Assembly: GCA_951406725.2 (NCBI GenBank)
Contig: OX597823.1
Location: 71,672,001 to 71,736,000, forward strand
Reading direction: 5' to 3'
Source of the DNA: Octopus vulgaris
Lineage: Eukaryota
DNA: 64,000 nt
Part shown: positions 25,317-39,483 of the stretch, piece after piece
Numbering within the stretch: position 1 is the first letter of the stretch
How the letters are laid out: each line of letters opens with the position of its first letter
Notes under the pieces: generated by a model
The model's input: only the letters and a program-made list of their open reading frames with translations
Database searches by the model: none
What the model was told of the DNA's origin: nothing
Position numbers and translations under genes: made by a program

Positions 25317-25603
25317 ATAAGATCGTTAATTTAATTACATATCTTATTAAGTAGCCAGCATGGGAATAAAAACCTTCAAAGGTAATAATTATTATCAAAA
25401 TTATAATTTAGGGTATCTAAGAGATACCTCCACGCTGGAAATAGCAGCCAAAACTTTACTCTAGAACCACATTTTTTGCTAGTTCATCTTGTCCTTTTGT
25501 CTTCTCTCCTGGTGCTGTATGAACATTTAATGTGGTTTTAGAGTCAAGTTTTGGCTGCCATTTCCAGCGTGGAGGTATCTCTTAGATACCCTAAATTATA
25601 ATT
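25313..25603. mobile_element. Hairpin-plus-tail insertion between (TA)n tracts inside a family C SINE
   Basis: 75-bp inverted arms 25399-25473 and 25529-25603 (3 mismatches); related fragment at 17923-18070. Confidence 0.75.
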
Positions 25604-28566
25604 ATATATATATATATGCATGTATATATATTTGTCTCTTTGTCCCCTTACTATGGCTTGACAATTGGTGTTGGTATGTTTACGTCCCCCCTCTGTAACT
25701 TAGCAGTTCATCAAAAGTGGCCAATAGATTAAGTACTAAGCTTAAAAAAAAACAAACTAAGCCCTGGGGTCGATTTGTTAAACTAAGACCCTTCAAGGTT
25801 GTGCCCCAGCATGGCCACAGTCAAATGACTGAAACAAGTAAAAGGTAAAAGATAATACATTTCGTCTAGTGCTTCCTTTCTTTTCACAAATCACCTACTT
25901 TGGTATCCATTCTTCTCAGTGCAACATGAGTAAGACTTAGTTTTATTACAGCATGCTTATGCAGTTCTTTTTCTTGCAAGGTGATGACCTATTGACATTC
26001 CTCTCCGACCAGGAGTGGCTGTGTGGTAAGTAGCTTGTTTACCAATCACATGGTTCCGGGTTCAGTCCCACTGCGTGGCACCTTGGGCAAGTGTCTTCTA
26101 CTATAGCCTCGGGCTGACCAAAACCTTGTGAGTGGATTTGGTAGACGGAAACTGAAAGAAGCCCGTCGTATATATGTATATATGTATATATGCGTGTGTG
26201 TGTTTGTCTTCCTAGCATTGTTTGACAACCGATGCTGGTGTGTTTATGTCCCCGTTACTTAGCGGTTTGACAAAAGAGACCGATAGAATAAGTACTGGGC
26301 TTACAAAAGAATAAGTCCCGGGGTCGAGTTGCTCGATTAAAGGCAGTGCTCCAGCATGGCCACAGTCAAATGACTGAAACAAGTAAGAGAGTAAGAGAGA
26401 CCACACAGCCAGATATGCTAATAAGTCCATTTCTTCTGTTATTGCATTTTATCATGTTAAGACATGGCTTCACGAGACATGCTTATTCCTGAATAATGTT
26501 TTGGTTTTATTTTCCCCCAAAATTCTCTGACTATTTGTAAGTTTGTTTAAATTGATTCAAAGATTGATGAACATTTTTTTTCTTTCATTAATTTTTTGTC
26601 ATTCAAACTGGGGAGGTAAAAAGACGTTTTTGAAATCTATTTTTTATTAGCTAATATTCAACACAAAACATCATTAGGAAACACTCCCTGAATAAACTGA
26701 AAGGGTTAGATGACTATAGAAAACTAACAAATAAAAAACAAAAGAAAATGGTATAAGCACAGTAAAAGAATATTAAGTCTGAAACAAAAGGAGTGGCTCT
26801 GTGGATGTTAGCTTGTTTACCAGCCACATGGTTCTGGGTTCAGTCCCACTGTGTGGCACCTTGGGCAAGTGTCTTCTACTAAAGCCTCGGGCTGACCAAA
26901 ACCTTGTGAGTGGATTTGGTAGACGGAAACTGAAAGAAGCCCGTCGTATATATGTATATATGTATATATGCATGTGTGTGTTTGTGTGTCTGTGTTTGTC
27001 CCCCTAGCATTGTTTGACAACTGATGCTGGTGTGTTTATGTCCCCGTTACTTAGCGGTTTGGCAAAAGAGACTGATAGAATAAGTACTGGGCTTACAAAA
27101 AAATAAGTCTCGGGGTCGAGTTGCTCGATTAAAGGCGGTGCCTCAGCATGGCCGCAGTCAAATGACAGAAACAAGTAAAAGAGTAAAAGAGTAAAGAGTG
27201 TTTTTGTGGCTTTTAATATGAATGGGAAGAATTTTGACAACAATGGTAACAATACACAGCTTTGCAAATACTGCATCATCGTTAGTATTTTTGTGGCACT
27301 AGTATTATTGAAACAGATGGGTAATAACTTCCTAATTAACCATAAGTCATTTGTGGTTGGGAGGGGCCAGTACACAACTACTGTATTTATGTTGCAACTT
27401 TTATCAAATTTTTAGCTTATGTTTCCTATATATTGTATTGTATGAAGTCCTTGCCTGGTCAGATGTGGGGCTTGTACCATTGCAGGGCATTGCTGCATTT
27501 ACCCTTTGTCAGTATATTCCTGGATCCCCCCTGGAAGACCTGTCAAGCAAAGTCTCAGTCATTTCCCTTCTCTATAAGATACTTTTTCATCTGCCGTCAC
27601 AATGTGACATGTGGTCAACCAACATGAGCCATCATCTTGACCAGATCTTCAGTGAAGAGCACATGGTAAGCAGGGTTTAACATGGAAAATTGAGCAACAG
27701 AGCCAAACAGTTTGAGCTGGCAGTCCTGAATCATACAGGTAAAAGGAGGCATCCTAGTTTCTGAAAAGAAGTCGTTGGTTGGATATGAAACCTGACCATT
27801 GGTAACCCATGATCCTATAAAGTGTCCTGGTACCAAAGGAGTTCAGGTAGCTTCTAAGAGCCCTGGACATCTGTAGAGCAGGACAGGGAGGACCAGAGAC
27901 CTAAGTTTGCCAATGAGGCAGTTATTCTTGCTGAGTTTCTGGATATCTCAGTAAGTGTTCCCTTTTCACTGAGTGAGGAAACCTTACAATCTTTGACCTT
28001 AAAGTCTTTGGGCCCTGACAAAGATCCAGTCTTTCATTGCTCATAATAGAAAGGACTATTAGTATAATTATTCATGGTTCAGTAGTTAGAGCATCGGTCT
28101 CACAATCATGGGGTAGTGAGTTCGATTCTTGGATTGGGCTGTGTGTTGTATTTTTGAGCAAGGCACTTTGCTTCACATTGCTCCAATTCACTCAGCTGTA
28201 AAAATGAGTTACAATGTCACTGGTACCAAGTTGTATCAGTCTCTGCCTTTCCCATGGATAACACTGGTAGCATGGAGAGGAGAGGCTGCTATGTATGGGT
28301 GACTGCTGGTTTACCATAAACAACCTTGCCCAGACATGTGTCTCAGAGCAGATCTTTCTAGGTACAATCTCATTGGCATTCATGACTGAAGGGGGTCTTT
28401 ACCTTTTAACCATTTGGTGTGAAATTTATTTTAAGTTAATGTTTCTTTGACAATGCTTCAACTCCAAGTGGAATATATATCCCCTTTGTAGTTTATATCA
28501 TTGTCCTGAGGGACCTGTCTTAAACAGTTCTCAATCTATAGCACTATGATATTGTTGGGTTACTAA

Positions 28567-28960
28567 TCTCTCTATATATAAAGTTGAAGTTGTCTATGTA
28601 AGGCATGTTTGGTAGCCTTCAACTAACACTATCTCCTCTGAGACCCTGAGGCACAAGTTGACCAAAATTGAGAGTATGATAGAAGAAGGCTTGCTCTTCC
28701 TTCCGTAGAAGAAAAAATTCAAATCAGACCATGTTAAGACCACAAATTATTTACATCAAAAAGGTGCTTTTTTTCTATGAAAATCCTTATTTTTTGACTG
28801 CTGTGTCGCCATTTTTCAGTGTATTTCAACCAGAAAAACGTTCACTTAAAGAGAATAACAAACAATTTTGCATTATATATAATGCAAAACTTTTACTTTT
28901 CAAAAATTCCAATTCTAAAGGGCCAAAACAAACCTGAGCAACGTCGGGTTATACTGCTAG
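28567..28960 (+). mobile_element. Non-autonomous Helitron-like element, intact copy
   Basis: A|TC...CTAG|T insertion signature, subterminal hairpin aacctga-gcaacg-tcgggtt ending 10 nt before the 3' end, no target duplication. Confidence 0.85.
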
Positions 28961-29019
28961 TTAAATATTAAAGTAATAGAAGATCGTGACTTAATTTTGA
29001 ACAATGCCTTATGTTTCAG

Positions 29020-29204
29020 TGAAAAAACTGGCTAAACCTCCACACTTAATTATGAGAATTATGGATGTTGTACTGATATTGTTTCAACGGAGACTTGATA
29101 TCTCAACAAAAGACCCTGATTTGAATTGTCCAAAACCTTCATGGAGTGAAGCATTGAAGTTAATGTCTGGCAACTTCTTGAATGGACTCCTCACATTTCC
29201 GAAA
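29020..29204 (+). CDS. DNAH5: Dynein exon 3 (microtubule-binding domain)
   Basis: tttcag|TG completes Val; KKLAKPPHLIMRIMDVVLILFQRR...LLTFPK; AAA|gtaagt. Confidence 0.95.
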
Positions 29205-29827
29205 GTAAGTGATGTTCTTTGATGTATTAAACATAGGTACAGGTGTGACTGTGTGATTAGAAGTTTGCTTCTCAACTACATGGTTCCGGGTTCAGTTCCA
29301 TTGGATGGCACTTTGAGCAAGTGTTTTCTACTATAGCCTTCATCTGACCAAAGCCTTGTGAGTGTATTTGGTTGAGGGAAACTAAAAGAAGCCCATCATA
29401 TATATGTGTGTGTGTGTTTATATCTATGTGTCTTTGTGTATGTGTTTGTTCCACCATCACCACTTGACAGCCGGTGTTGGTGTGTTTACATCCTCATAAC
29501 TTAATGGTATGGCAAAAGAAACTGATAGAAAAAGTACCAAGCTTTACAAAAATATAATAAGTACTGGGGTTGATGCATTCAACTAAAATTCTTCAAAGCA
29601 GTGCCCCAGCATGGCCACAGTCAAGTAAAAGATAAAAGATGTCCAGAGATGAAAAGTGGTGCCTCTTAGCTGTTTGTTTTACTTAGCACTTTACTGTTTT
29701 CTTCAACTGGTGTTGGAACAGAAATCAGGTATTTTCATATTGTGATGTGAGCAACACTTCCCTTCAGAGTTCCTCTCAGTGAATTGTGATGTACTCTAAA
29801 TCATATTGGTTTTTATTGTAAGCATAA

Positions 29828-29985
29828 TGGCACCTGTGTCGGTGGCACATAAAAAACACCATCCGAGCGTGGCCGTTCGCCAGCCTCGTCTGGCACCTGT
29901 GTCGGTGGCACATAAAAAACACCATCCGCGCGTGGCCGTTCGCCAGCCTCGTCTGGCATCTGTGTCGGTGGCACATAAAATCACC
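29828..29985. repeat. 63-bp tandem repeat (about 2.5 units) inside a family D element
   Basis: Units 29828-29890 and 29891-29953 nearly identical, plus a partial third. Confidence 0.9.
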
Positions 29986-30529
29986 CACTACACTCTCGGA
30001 GTGGTTGGCGTTAGGAAGGGCATCCAGCTGTAGAAACACTGCCAGATCTGACTGGCCTGGTGCAGCCTTCGGGCTCCCCAGACCCCAGTTGAACTGTCCA
30101 ACCCATGCTAGCATGGAAAGCGGACGTTAAACGATGATGATGATAATGTGAAAATATGACAAAATCTGGACTGAGGGATCAAGAATCAGTTATATTTGAG
30201 AGGAGTTCTGCTTGAAAGAAGTCTTCAAGCATTTGACAATATAAACTGAGCTATGATTGAGTTTTCTAATTACGACTCTAAGAGTTCAGAACAAATATGT
30301 TTGAGAGCAGTGGTTTGAAGAATTTGTTTCTTGTGGTTTCTTCACAGTTGAAGCCCAGGTGTGGAGGAAAAAAGAAAGTTATAGACAACAGGTGCAGGTG
30401 TGGCTGAGTGGTAAGAAGCTTGCTTCCCAACCACAGAGTCACTGCATGGCACCTTGGGCAAATGTCTTCTGGTAAAGCTTTGAGCTGACCAAAGCCTTGA
30501 GAGTAGATTTGGTAGACAGAAACTGAAAG

Positions 30530-30940
30530 AGGTAATTTCATGGCAAAGAATTCATCAAGGTCTCTTTTTATGTCATCCAAGGAATTGAAATTTTTACCAT
30601 TAAGACTATTCCGCAGTGAGCTGAATAAGTGGAAATCCGAAGGGGCAATATCTGGTGAATATTGAGGATGGGGTAACGCATTCCAGCTGAGCTGCAGCAA
30701 TTTTTGTCTGGTCCCCAAAGCATCAAGTGCCGAAAATGAACTTTCTTATCTTCCATTTTAAAAGGTTACAGAATTAATACAGTTTATAGGAACATAAAGC
30801 TTCTTCCATGAAAAGATAGCTTAAACTGTGCTCTAAATGGAGGTGTAGTGAAATCCTATTTTATGGACTCAACCATGTTCTAAAATAAGTCAAAAGGTAA
30901 GCCACTATAAATCGGCACGAACTTTCCAGACAACCCAATA
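30530..30940 (-). mobile_element. Mariner deletion derivative, truncated next to a family C SINE
   Basis: LPHPQYSPDIAPSDFHLF motif; one terminal repeat ...ccagacaacccaa|ta; matches 48803-49357. Confidence 0.85.
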
Positions 30941-31142
30941 GTACCTGCCTACACTCTTATGTATATTTGCATATACCTCTACACATACATGCATGTACAC
31001 AAATACACCTCCATTTACATGCGTATGCATTCGCGCACATGCACGCACACACACATATGCACACACTCACACACATGTACACCCCCCCCACCCACCCACG
31101 CACACACACGGAGTAATTATACTTTTGTTCATTTGATTCAAG

Positions 31143-31310
31143 GATACTATAAACAGTGAGACTGTTGAGCTAATGCAAATATATCTGAGAATGGAGGATT
31201 ATACATTTGAAACAGCCAAGAAAGTATGTGGTGATGTTGCAGGACTTCTGTCGTGGACTTGTGCAATGGCTATATTTTTTGGTATCAACAAAGAGGTTTT
31301 GCCTTTGAAA
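31143..31310 (+). CDS. DNAH5: Dynein exon 4 (microtubule-binding domain)
   Basis: ttcaag|GAT; [56 protein letters not shown]; gtaagt donor; 168 nt. Confidence 0.94.
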
Positions 31311-33608
31311 GTAAGTATTTATATTCTCTGAGAAATATGATCTGTGTTCTTTTTACTAAGAAATATATTATATTCCTTGTCATTGAATTCAGTCCTTTAT
31401 ATTTTGTTGTACCTATTAATTTCCAGAGATCATCTTGGTCCCAAATCTAGATATTTGAGATGTGATTCTGAGATTTAATCTAGAATGGCATCATCTTCAA
31501 TCTTTGGGTTTTGAATTTTTTATGGAGTTGGTTTTATTTGAAACTATTCAATTAAACAATTTTTTAAAGTGATATACCACAATAATGAATATTACGATAA
31601 ATGTTGATATACTTTGTATATTACAAACATTATCGATTTATATTCTCTGAAACAAATATTACCAATGGACTTTTTAACATTGTACAAATTATTAATATCG
31701 CCTTCAATTTTCAACTATTGTAAATAGTTCAAACAATGGCCTTTATTTTGTGCCTTGAAGAAGAGAAATCTACTATTTTGACTCATATCCTTCTTTGATA
31801 AAAGTAAAAATAAAGGTCTCATCACTAAACCACAAACCTGTGGATAATATTGATGCATTACACATACTCGAATGGAAAATACAAGCACAGAATCCTGGAA
31901 AAGTACAGAAGAAGCAGCGGACTAGAAGACAAAATATTGCAGCTGAAGTTAGACTTTAAAAAGTAGAATAGTAATAAATGTCTTTTTATAGTTTTTGTTT
32001 TTACTTAAAAATTAAAAATTAAAATGCTCAAGAAGTTATTTATTTTGAGTTTTAGTGAAAAGTCTAATTGTTTGAAAGTTCACACATTAAAAATTTGCTA
32101 TTACATATTTGCATGTTTAAAAAAATCACATAATAGCAATTTAAGCAAAATTGACAATTATAACCCCTAAGATTTTTTTGAAAAAACCTAATAATTTCTA
32201 CATTTTACTTTCACTTTTTTGGATATTTTCCTAAATGTACGTAGAAAATACTTTGTTATCTGATAATAAAAACTTTAAAGAAATTTATCTGTGTTTTAAA
32301 AAAAATTATTGTTACTATTTTTTACTCTTTTGAATTAGATATTCTACATGAGTTTAATTTTATAACACAGTATATATGATTAAATATTTTTGGATAATGA
32401 GTTCCATTAAGAAAATAAAAGAATGCTAAAAATTAGACACAAATGTTTTAGCTAGGTACAAAAAAAGTTTTTTACTGAAAATATTAACTTAAATTTATTG
32501 AAAAATTGTAATAAAAAGTAAAAAATAAAAATAAAAACAAGAGCATGCACACTATTTGATGAACAATTTCTGAAATTTATTTGAAAATTCTAACTTCAGC
32601 AACAATGTTTAAAGTTTTTTTTCTTTTTTTTCTTGTCTGGTATTTTTCCAGGCTTGAATACTGCTTCTTCAGTACATTTCCAAGTTCAATACTTAAGAGT
32701 AATCTAGGATTCTGCACCCACATTTTCAATTCTAGTCCCATTTTCTCTAGGCATTGCTTCTATTATCATAATTAATTATATTTATCTTTATAATTGAAAA
32801 CATTATACTATTGTAAATATTTTTTAAATATAAATTTTGTTCAGACTTAGAAATTTTGTTTGCACATAAAAATAACAAAGCATCCTCTCAAATTCTTGTT
32901 ACCATTAAGTTAAGTGACCCATGACATCAGATACTGTCTTTTATAATGTTAAATATCTTAAAATGACAAAAATATTTTGATTTGTTAAAAGGCCCACCCT
33001 TTATTATCATTTAAAGCCACACAACTTTTTTTTGACAAATTTTGCACCATAAAATTCATCACCATAAGAACGCTTTCATTTGAAAATTATTATTGTATAG
33101 TTTTCTTTAAGAATAACTAAGACATTTTGATTCAAAGTCAAGTTTTGGGGTTATCACATTTTTCATTGCCTAAAGCCACACAACTTTTTTCATAGCTAAT
33201 ATTTTTTAATGAGGTTTTCACCAATATGAGCACATTCTTTTAAACCCAATTAATCTATATTTTTCTCTAAAGATACAAGATATTTTGATTCAAAGTCAAT
33301 TTTTCGCCTTACCCTCCCATTTTTGACCTCAGATATTTTGACTGAACTGTTTTTTTTTTAAAGAAGCAAATTTCAGTTATTTTATCTCAAAATGCAACTG
33401 AAGAGTAAACCATCATTGCTAAATCAAAGCTGTATTTAATCTGCTGGAGACCTGAATTAGTGATGAAATTTAGAAGTACCCATGAGTAACTAAAAGTTGA
33501 CCTTAAGAATATATTCACCCACTGTTGTTGGTGAAGGATAATAGTTTTATATTCTGACCTAAAAGTATTGTCTCAGGAAAAATTTCTAATCTTTGTTTTT
33601 TATAATAG

Positions 33609-33746
33609 GCTAATTTAGTTGCACAAGAGGCTCGTTTGAAGACTGCTAATCAAGATCTCGAAATAGCTCAATCTCAATTAGATGAGAAGCAGGCTGAGTT
33701 AGATGTTGTGCAGGCAGTATATGATGAAGCTATGAGGAAGAAGCAG
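33609..33746 (+). CDS. DNAH5: Dynein exon 5 (stalk coiled coil 2)
   Basis: aatag|GCT; [46 protein letters not shown]; CAG|gtaatt; 138 nt. Confidence 0.94.
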
Positions 33747-35330
33747 GTAATTAATTAATGTGGTTCCTTTTGTATAAAATACTTTTTTCTTTGATGCCCC
33801 TCACTTGCTACCACCACCACCACCCCATGCATACACCACACACAAATCAGCTTTTTTTTTAGTTGGTGTACAAATCTGTTTATTTGGATAACAGTAAATA
33901 AACCGGATGGATCGGTTAGTGTACACATACATTAAGTGTAATGAGTTTCTATTCTCCAGCAATTATTTCATTGGTGCCCTAAGCAGAACCATAAGACAAG
34001 GGCTACAGAACCATGCTTGTTGGTTTGATCTCTATGTGTCTTTTACATGTTATTGGGATGATGGTACTTTATCTATCAAAGATACCGCTATTATAATTTG
34101 CATTTCAAAATCTCTCTCTCTCTTTCTCTCCCTTTCTCTCTCTCTTTCTTCCTCTCTGTTTCCCTTTTACTTTCTCTCTCTCTTCCATGAATATTTGGAA
34201 ACATTCTGCAGCATATTTCATTCCCAAAAGGACAACCCATTCAATCTATCTTATTTGAACTTACTCGCATCATCTCAACAATAACAGAAAAAAGTCATTA
34301 CTGACCACTTTTTTCCTAACATCTTGAATATCTCTCTCTCCTTAGTGACTACCAGAATGGCTTTCATAAAGTCAGATCTCATTGAGACCAACTATTCATT
34401 GGAACCTGTCCTGAAGAAATTTGGTAAAAACATTGTTGTTGTACCTGGCACCAGCAAACCATTATACCTATTATGAATTTAAATATCTTAGTGTAACTGC
34501 CTACTCATACCTCCATCTCTCATCTGTTATACTGGCAGCTTCCTTTCAAATTGCCCCATCATATCTTATGGAACTCTCTTGACCTCCATTCTTTCCAAAC
34601 TGGTGTGTCTTAAAGTTCTGTTTTGTAACCCACACTCTTCTTCCTATATGTCAATGATCTACATATCACCATTAGTCTGGAATTTCCAGGCCCTGTTCAT
34701 GATTTCCAGCAGCTGCTAGCTTGTAGCTCTTCAGGGGAGATATTAACCATGTCAAACCCACTAATCTTAGAAGGGCCTGTGAATGCCATGTGTACAACCT
34801 CTTCCTTCTAGTCCAAACCAATAGGGAAATCAGAGTCAAAGTAGATACAAAATTATAACAAAGAAATTCTTTGTCACAACTTGTCCTTATGTCTTGATAT
34901 GATAGAAGAAAAATAAGCTTATACAGTCTAAATTGCTTCTTGGCAGAAGTAATTTTCTTGGAAAGCAATTCTCATCTCATGTTCTGAGTTGACATCAATC
35001 CCCTTATTTATTTGCTTTAGGTTGTTTTCCTCTTTTATCTTTTATCTTTAACTTGTTTCAATCATTTGACTGTGGCCATGCTGGGGCACCACCTCGGAGA
35101 ACTTTTTAGTTGAATGAATTGACCCCAGTACTTACTTCTTTTTTTAAGCTTGGTACTTATTCTATCAGTCTCTTTTGCTGAATCACTAAGTTATGGGGAT
35201 GTAAACATACCATAGGACATAGAGTCACACTGATGAGATCACAGAATGTATGACATAAGAGCTTTGATATACGTATAAACTGAAAGTGATATGAATAAAA
35301 ACTAAAGTGAAGATCAAATAGTGTGTGTAA

Positions 35331-35551
35331 CCCTTTCATTACTAACCCGGCCAAAACCGGCTCTGACTCTGTAGTACAAATGTCTTGTTTTCATAAGTTT
35401 TGCATCAAAATATACCACCAAACCTTAGTTGCAATTTATATTCCTAACACTAGCTTAATGATAACAAAGTTATTTTACTAAATTCTTTGTTATATTTAAA
35501 ATAATTGAAAGAAACACAGAGCATCTCAAAATAAATACAGTAACGAAAGGG
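35331..35551. mobile_element. piggyBac-like MITE, degenerate flanks
   Basis: CCCTTTC...GAAAGGG ends; same family as 45466-45659. Confidence 0.7.
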
Positions 35552-35699
35552 TTTTTAATTGGTAAAAAAAATCCCAAAAAATATGACCACCTCCAAGTAT
35601 AACAATAAGATTAAGTAACTGAAATTAAATACGATTTTGTTAAATGCTTTGTCAGTGGTGCTATTTTCACTTTCTTCATTTGTTTTCATTTGTGAAAAG

Positions 35700-35957
35700 G
35701 CTCTTGTTGATGATGCTGATAATTGCCGTAGGAAGATGGGCAATGCTACAGCATTGATAGAAGGACTCAGTGGGGAGAAAATACGTTGGACAGATGCCAG
35801 CAAAGATTTTGCTCGGCAGATACAGAATCTAGTAGGAAATGTACTGTTGGCGACCGGCTTTCTTTCATATACTGGACCCTATAACCAAGAGTTCCGTGAC
35901 AAACTGATGAATGCTTGGAAGCAGGAAATGACCAAAGCTAAAATACCATTTACACCA
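35700..35957 (+). CDS. DNAH5: Dynein exon 6 (end of stalk)
   Basis: gaaaag|GCT; ALVDDADNCRRKMGNATALIEGLSGEKIRW...KAKIPFTP; gtaaga donor; 258 nt. Confidence 0.93.
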
Positions 35958-36119
35958 GTAAGATAACTTGTTATCATCTTCATCATCTCGTTATCATCTT
36001 CCATCATCTTCATCATTACCATCAACATCAGCACCACTATAGTCTTCACTACTAGTTTTACATACTCTCATGTGTGCTTGTAATATTTTATCTTTCCTAG
36101 AATATATGTATATATCACC

Positions 36120-36428
36120 ATGATCACCGTGACCAACCAGGCTATCAGATGTTGCTACACATCGCTGGTCACAATGCGCTTTGCATTGTTTTAGCCTTCA
36201 AATGACGCCACCCCGCTGGCTAAGCAAGCAGGCCGACAGAAGAAAGAGTGAGAGAAAGTTGCGGCGAAAGAGTACAGCAGGGATTGCCACCACCCCGCTG
36301 CTGGAGCCCCCGTGAAGCTTTAGGTGTTTTCGCTCAATAAACACTCACAACGCCTGGTCTGGGAATCGAAACCACGATCCTACAACCGCGAGTCTGCTGC
36401 CCTAACCACTGGGCCATTGCGCCTCCAC
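36120..36428 (-). mobile_element. tRNA-headed SINE family E (tRNA-Arg-like head)
   Basis: A box tggcccagtgg, B box gtttcgattccc, gactcgcg anticodon-like loop; second copy 54410-54710. Confidence 0.8.
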
Positions 36429-37105
36429 ATATGTATATATATATATATATAAAATATATAAAATAATAAAAGTGAAATTCTCTCTGTCCAATATCCCTTT
36501 ATCTCAGTCTAAATTTGCTCGATATAGACATATTATATATACCCTTTTGGAACCAGGATGATCCGGGGATTGAAAATCTGCCCTTCATTTGGTTTTTGCA
36601 CACCCAGCATTGGGATCTGATTCAAAAGCATTTGGGTTGCTATTTCTAGCAGATAAAGCTTGACTGTTTCACACCATCTTGGTTGGTGTTATTCAGATGA
36701 CATCAAAGATCAAGGGGGTATTATAAATGACATTCACTTCATTAATTTTACATCGAAACATGAAGTTTGGGACACATTGGCCAATAGTTGAAATTCAACT
36801 TGGGACAGGAACAACAGAATGATTGCAATACAGAATTAATTTCATATCTGTTCTTAACTTAACCTCTGATCAAACACCTCCGGGTCATATAGTCATTATT
36901 ATAGTCATGCTATTTAGCTCTCATTAGTTTTGGGCTGCAAATTTCTGGTAGAGTGAATTGTGTCATGGTGCTGTTTTTCTCACAAAAGATGCCCAGCTGA
37001 CCCTACTATACTGTGTAGTTGACAAAATCACAAAGAAACAATGTGCATGTGCGAAATTAAGAATATGAAATGGCAACAATTTACCCATCCCACACTTTAT
37101 GTATG

Positions 37106-37150
<45 letters not shown>

Positions 37151-38391
37151 TCATCATCATCATCATCATCATTTAACATCCATTGTCCATGCTGGCATGG
37201 GTTGGATGGTTTAACCAGAGATGGCAAGTTGGGGGTGGTGCATCAGACTCCAGTTTGATTTGCCATGGTTTCTATGGCTGGTTTCCCTTCCTAACACCGT
37301 GTATATATGTGTGTGTATATGATGAAATAACAGGACTTGCTTTATGCGATTGCTTGTTCAGGTAGAAATAGCAGCCAAATCTCCCTCAAATCTCATCCTA
37401 CTGCCTTAAAAAATGGCAGATCACTTTGTCTGATGTAGTTTCAAATAAAGGACAAGATGATGTCAGCTGGAACATGTTTGATCATAGATCTGCTCAATCA
37501 TAGCCGACAGGAGCCAAATAACAATGACAAATTTTTTCTCTTAAATACATTTTCTCTCTTAATTCATTGCTTCTAAACAACAATTTTATCAAGCTCTTTG
37601 TTATAGTGTAGTTTATTATTTTACTGACTGTTAGAGCAGATGGACGCTGTTGTTGCTCTTTATCTTTTGTTTTCTATTATTTCTTACATAATATCAGTGT
37701 AATAGTTAATAGAAGTAATCTTTATGGAGCCATTCTTACTTCCATGTGGCATATCACAATGGCAGCTTTAAGGCTTGAATTCTTTACTATTTGGCACTTA
37801 TCAGGTTCCAAATATATAGTTATTTTTATAATTTTAAAACCTTATATTTCCTGTTGCTATGACGGGCTAGACTAGCAACTTCATAAATGTGTTTGCTCCT
37901 TATAAAAGTCATTACTTCATGCTGTCAATATTGTCATGAACAATAATAACTGTCTTTGTTTGTCTGTCTCTTTCTGTGTGTATGTGTTTGTGATGGTGCC
38001 ATGCTGTGCCATTGTCACATAAAATGCTCTTGTGTTGGTGCCATGTAAAAGTGCTCAAGCTAGTGCCACATAAAAAAACATCCAGTACACACTGTAAAGT
38101 GGTTGGTGTTAAGAAGGGCATCCAGCTGTAGAAACCAAGCCAAATCAGACTGGAACCTGGTGCAGCTTTCCAGTTTGTCAGCTTTGGTCTAACCGTCCAA
38201 CTCATGACAGTATGGAAAAGAGACACTAAAGGATGATGATGTCATGATGATGATGATGGTGGTGGTGGTGGGGATGTGTGTGTACATGTGTGAGAGTCTT
38301 CGTATTTGATATATAATGTAAATCAGACAGGTGATAACTTGATGGTAAAATTAGTGAGAGACTGGACTGGCAACTTATAGATAATTGGATA

Positions 38392-38636
38392 CTTCGTTTT
38401 TGGATTTGGTTTGCAAGATTCATTATATGAGTTCGTGCGTTGAAGCATATTCTGTTGTATCTGGGGAGAGTCATTTTCTTTTTGTACTTTATAATTTAGC
38501 ACACACACTGATAAAATTTTCACTTATTTCTTATTTTTATTTTCCTAAAAATAAGAAACAAGTGGAAATTTCACCGGTGAGTGTGTTACATTATGGGGTA
38601 CAAAAAGAAAATGACTCTCCCCAGATACAACAGAAT
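38392..38636. mobile_element. Hairpin-plus-tail short element, copy 2 (opposite orientation to 704-994)
   Basis: Same arms and tail; flanking direct repeat aattggata (38383-38391, 38634-38642). Confidence 0.8.
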
Positions 38637-38853
38637 TGGATATTTCACAATTGCGAAAATCCCCTCCAACATGGTTACTGCCTCTACCACCACCACCACC
38701 ATCACCATTATCTTTATTATCATTAATATTTGCACCAACTTCATTAACATTATCACCACAAAACATCATCAACAAAATCATATCACCAATTCCATCATCA
38801 TTATCACAATCATTAACATCAACAACATCAGTGAATTTCTTCTCTTTCTCCAG

Positions 38854-39048
38854 AAACTAGACATCATAAACATGTTAGTAGACACGACTACAATTACTGA
38901 ATGGAACTTGCAAGGTTTACCCAATGATGAACTTTCTACACAGAATGGACTGATTGTAAACAAAGCAGCTCTCTTCCCTCTACTCATTGACCCACAAGGA
39001 CAAGGAAAGGCCTGGATTAAGAACCGAGAAAAAGAAAATAATCTTCAA
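38854..39048 (+). CDS. DNAH5: Dynein exon 7 (AAA5 start)
   Basis: ctccag|AAA; [10 protein letters not shown]...[17 protein letters not shown]...[24 protein letters not shown]; gtaagt; 195 nt. Confidence 0.95.
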
Positions 39049-39148
39049 GTAAGTGTACTCCAAGTACCTTCCTTAAAAATTCTTGGCAAACTTTCAGGTC
39101 TGGACAATAATTCTTCTCTAAGGTATTATCAACACACCTTATAGAAAA

Positions 39149-39379
39149 AGGCGGTGAGCTGGCAGAATTGTTAGCGCACCGGGCGAAATGCTTATCGGTA
39201 TTTCGTCTGCCACTACGTTCTGAGTTCAAATTCCGCCGAGGTCGACTTTGCCTTTCATCCTTTCGGGGTCAATTAAATAAGTACCAGTTACGCACTGGGG
39301 TCGATATAATCGACTTAATCCATTTGTCTGTCCTTGTTCGTCCCCTCTGTGTTTAGCCCCTTGTGGGTAGTAAAGAAAC
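39149..39379 (+). mobile_element. SINE family B in the short intron 7, 17-bp target duplication
   Basis: aggtattatcaacacac at 39121-39137 and 39380-39396. Confidence 0.88.
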
Positions 39380-39483
39380 AGGTATTATCAACACACATGC
39401 ATGCACACTACTTAAAACTTGTATGATGACTAACAAGGTATTACCATACTGCTTATCTAGCACTGCCATCTACTTTCCAACAG

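Noticed and set aside
6459-29019. Hidden host gene or missing dynein exon in the 22.5-kb intron
   Set aside because: Exons 2 and 3 join in phase with no gap in the conserved protein, and every recognisable coding remnant inside is transposon-derived. A short unrecognised exon of another gene cannot be fully excluded.
29828-29985. Repeat-spacer appearance suggesting a CRISPR array
   Set aside because: Units are contiguous and near-identical, with no unique spacers and no cas genes; the context is eukaryotic retroelement DNA.
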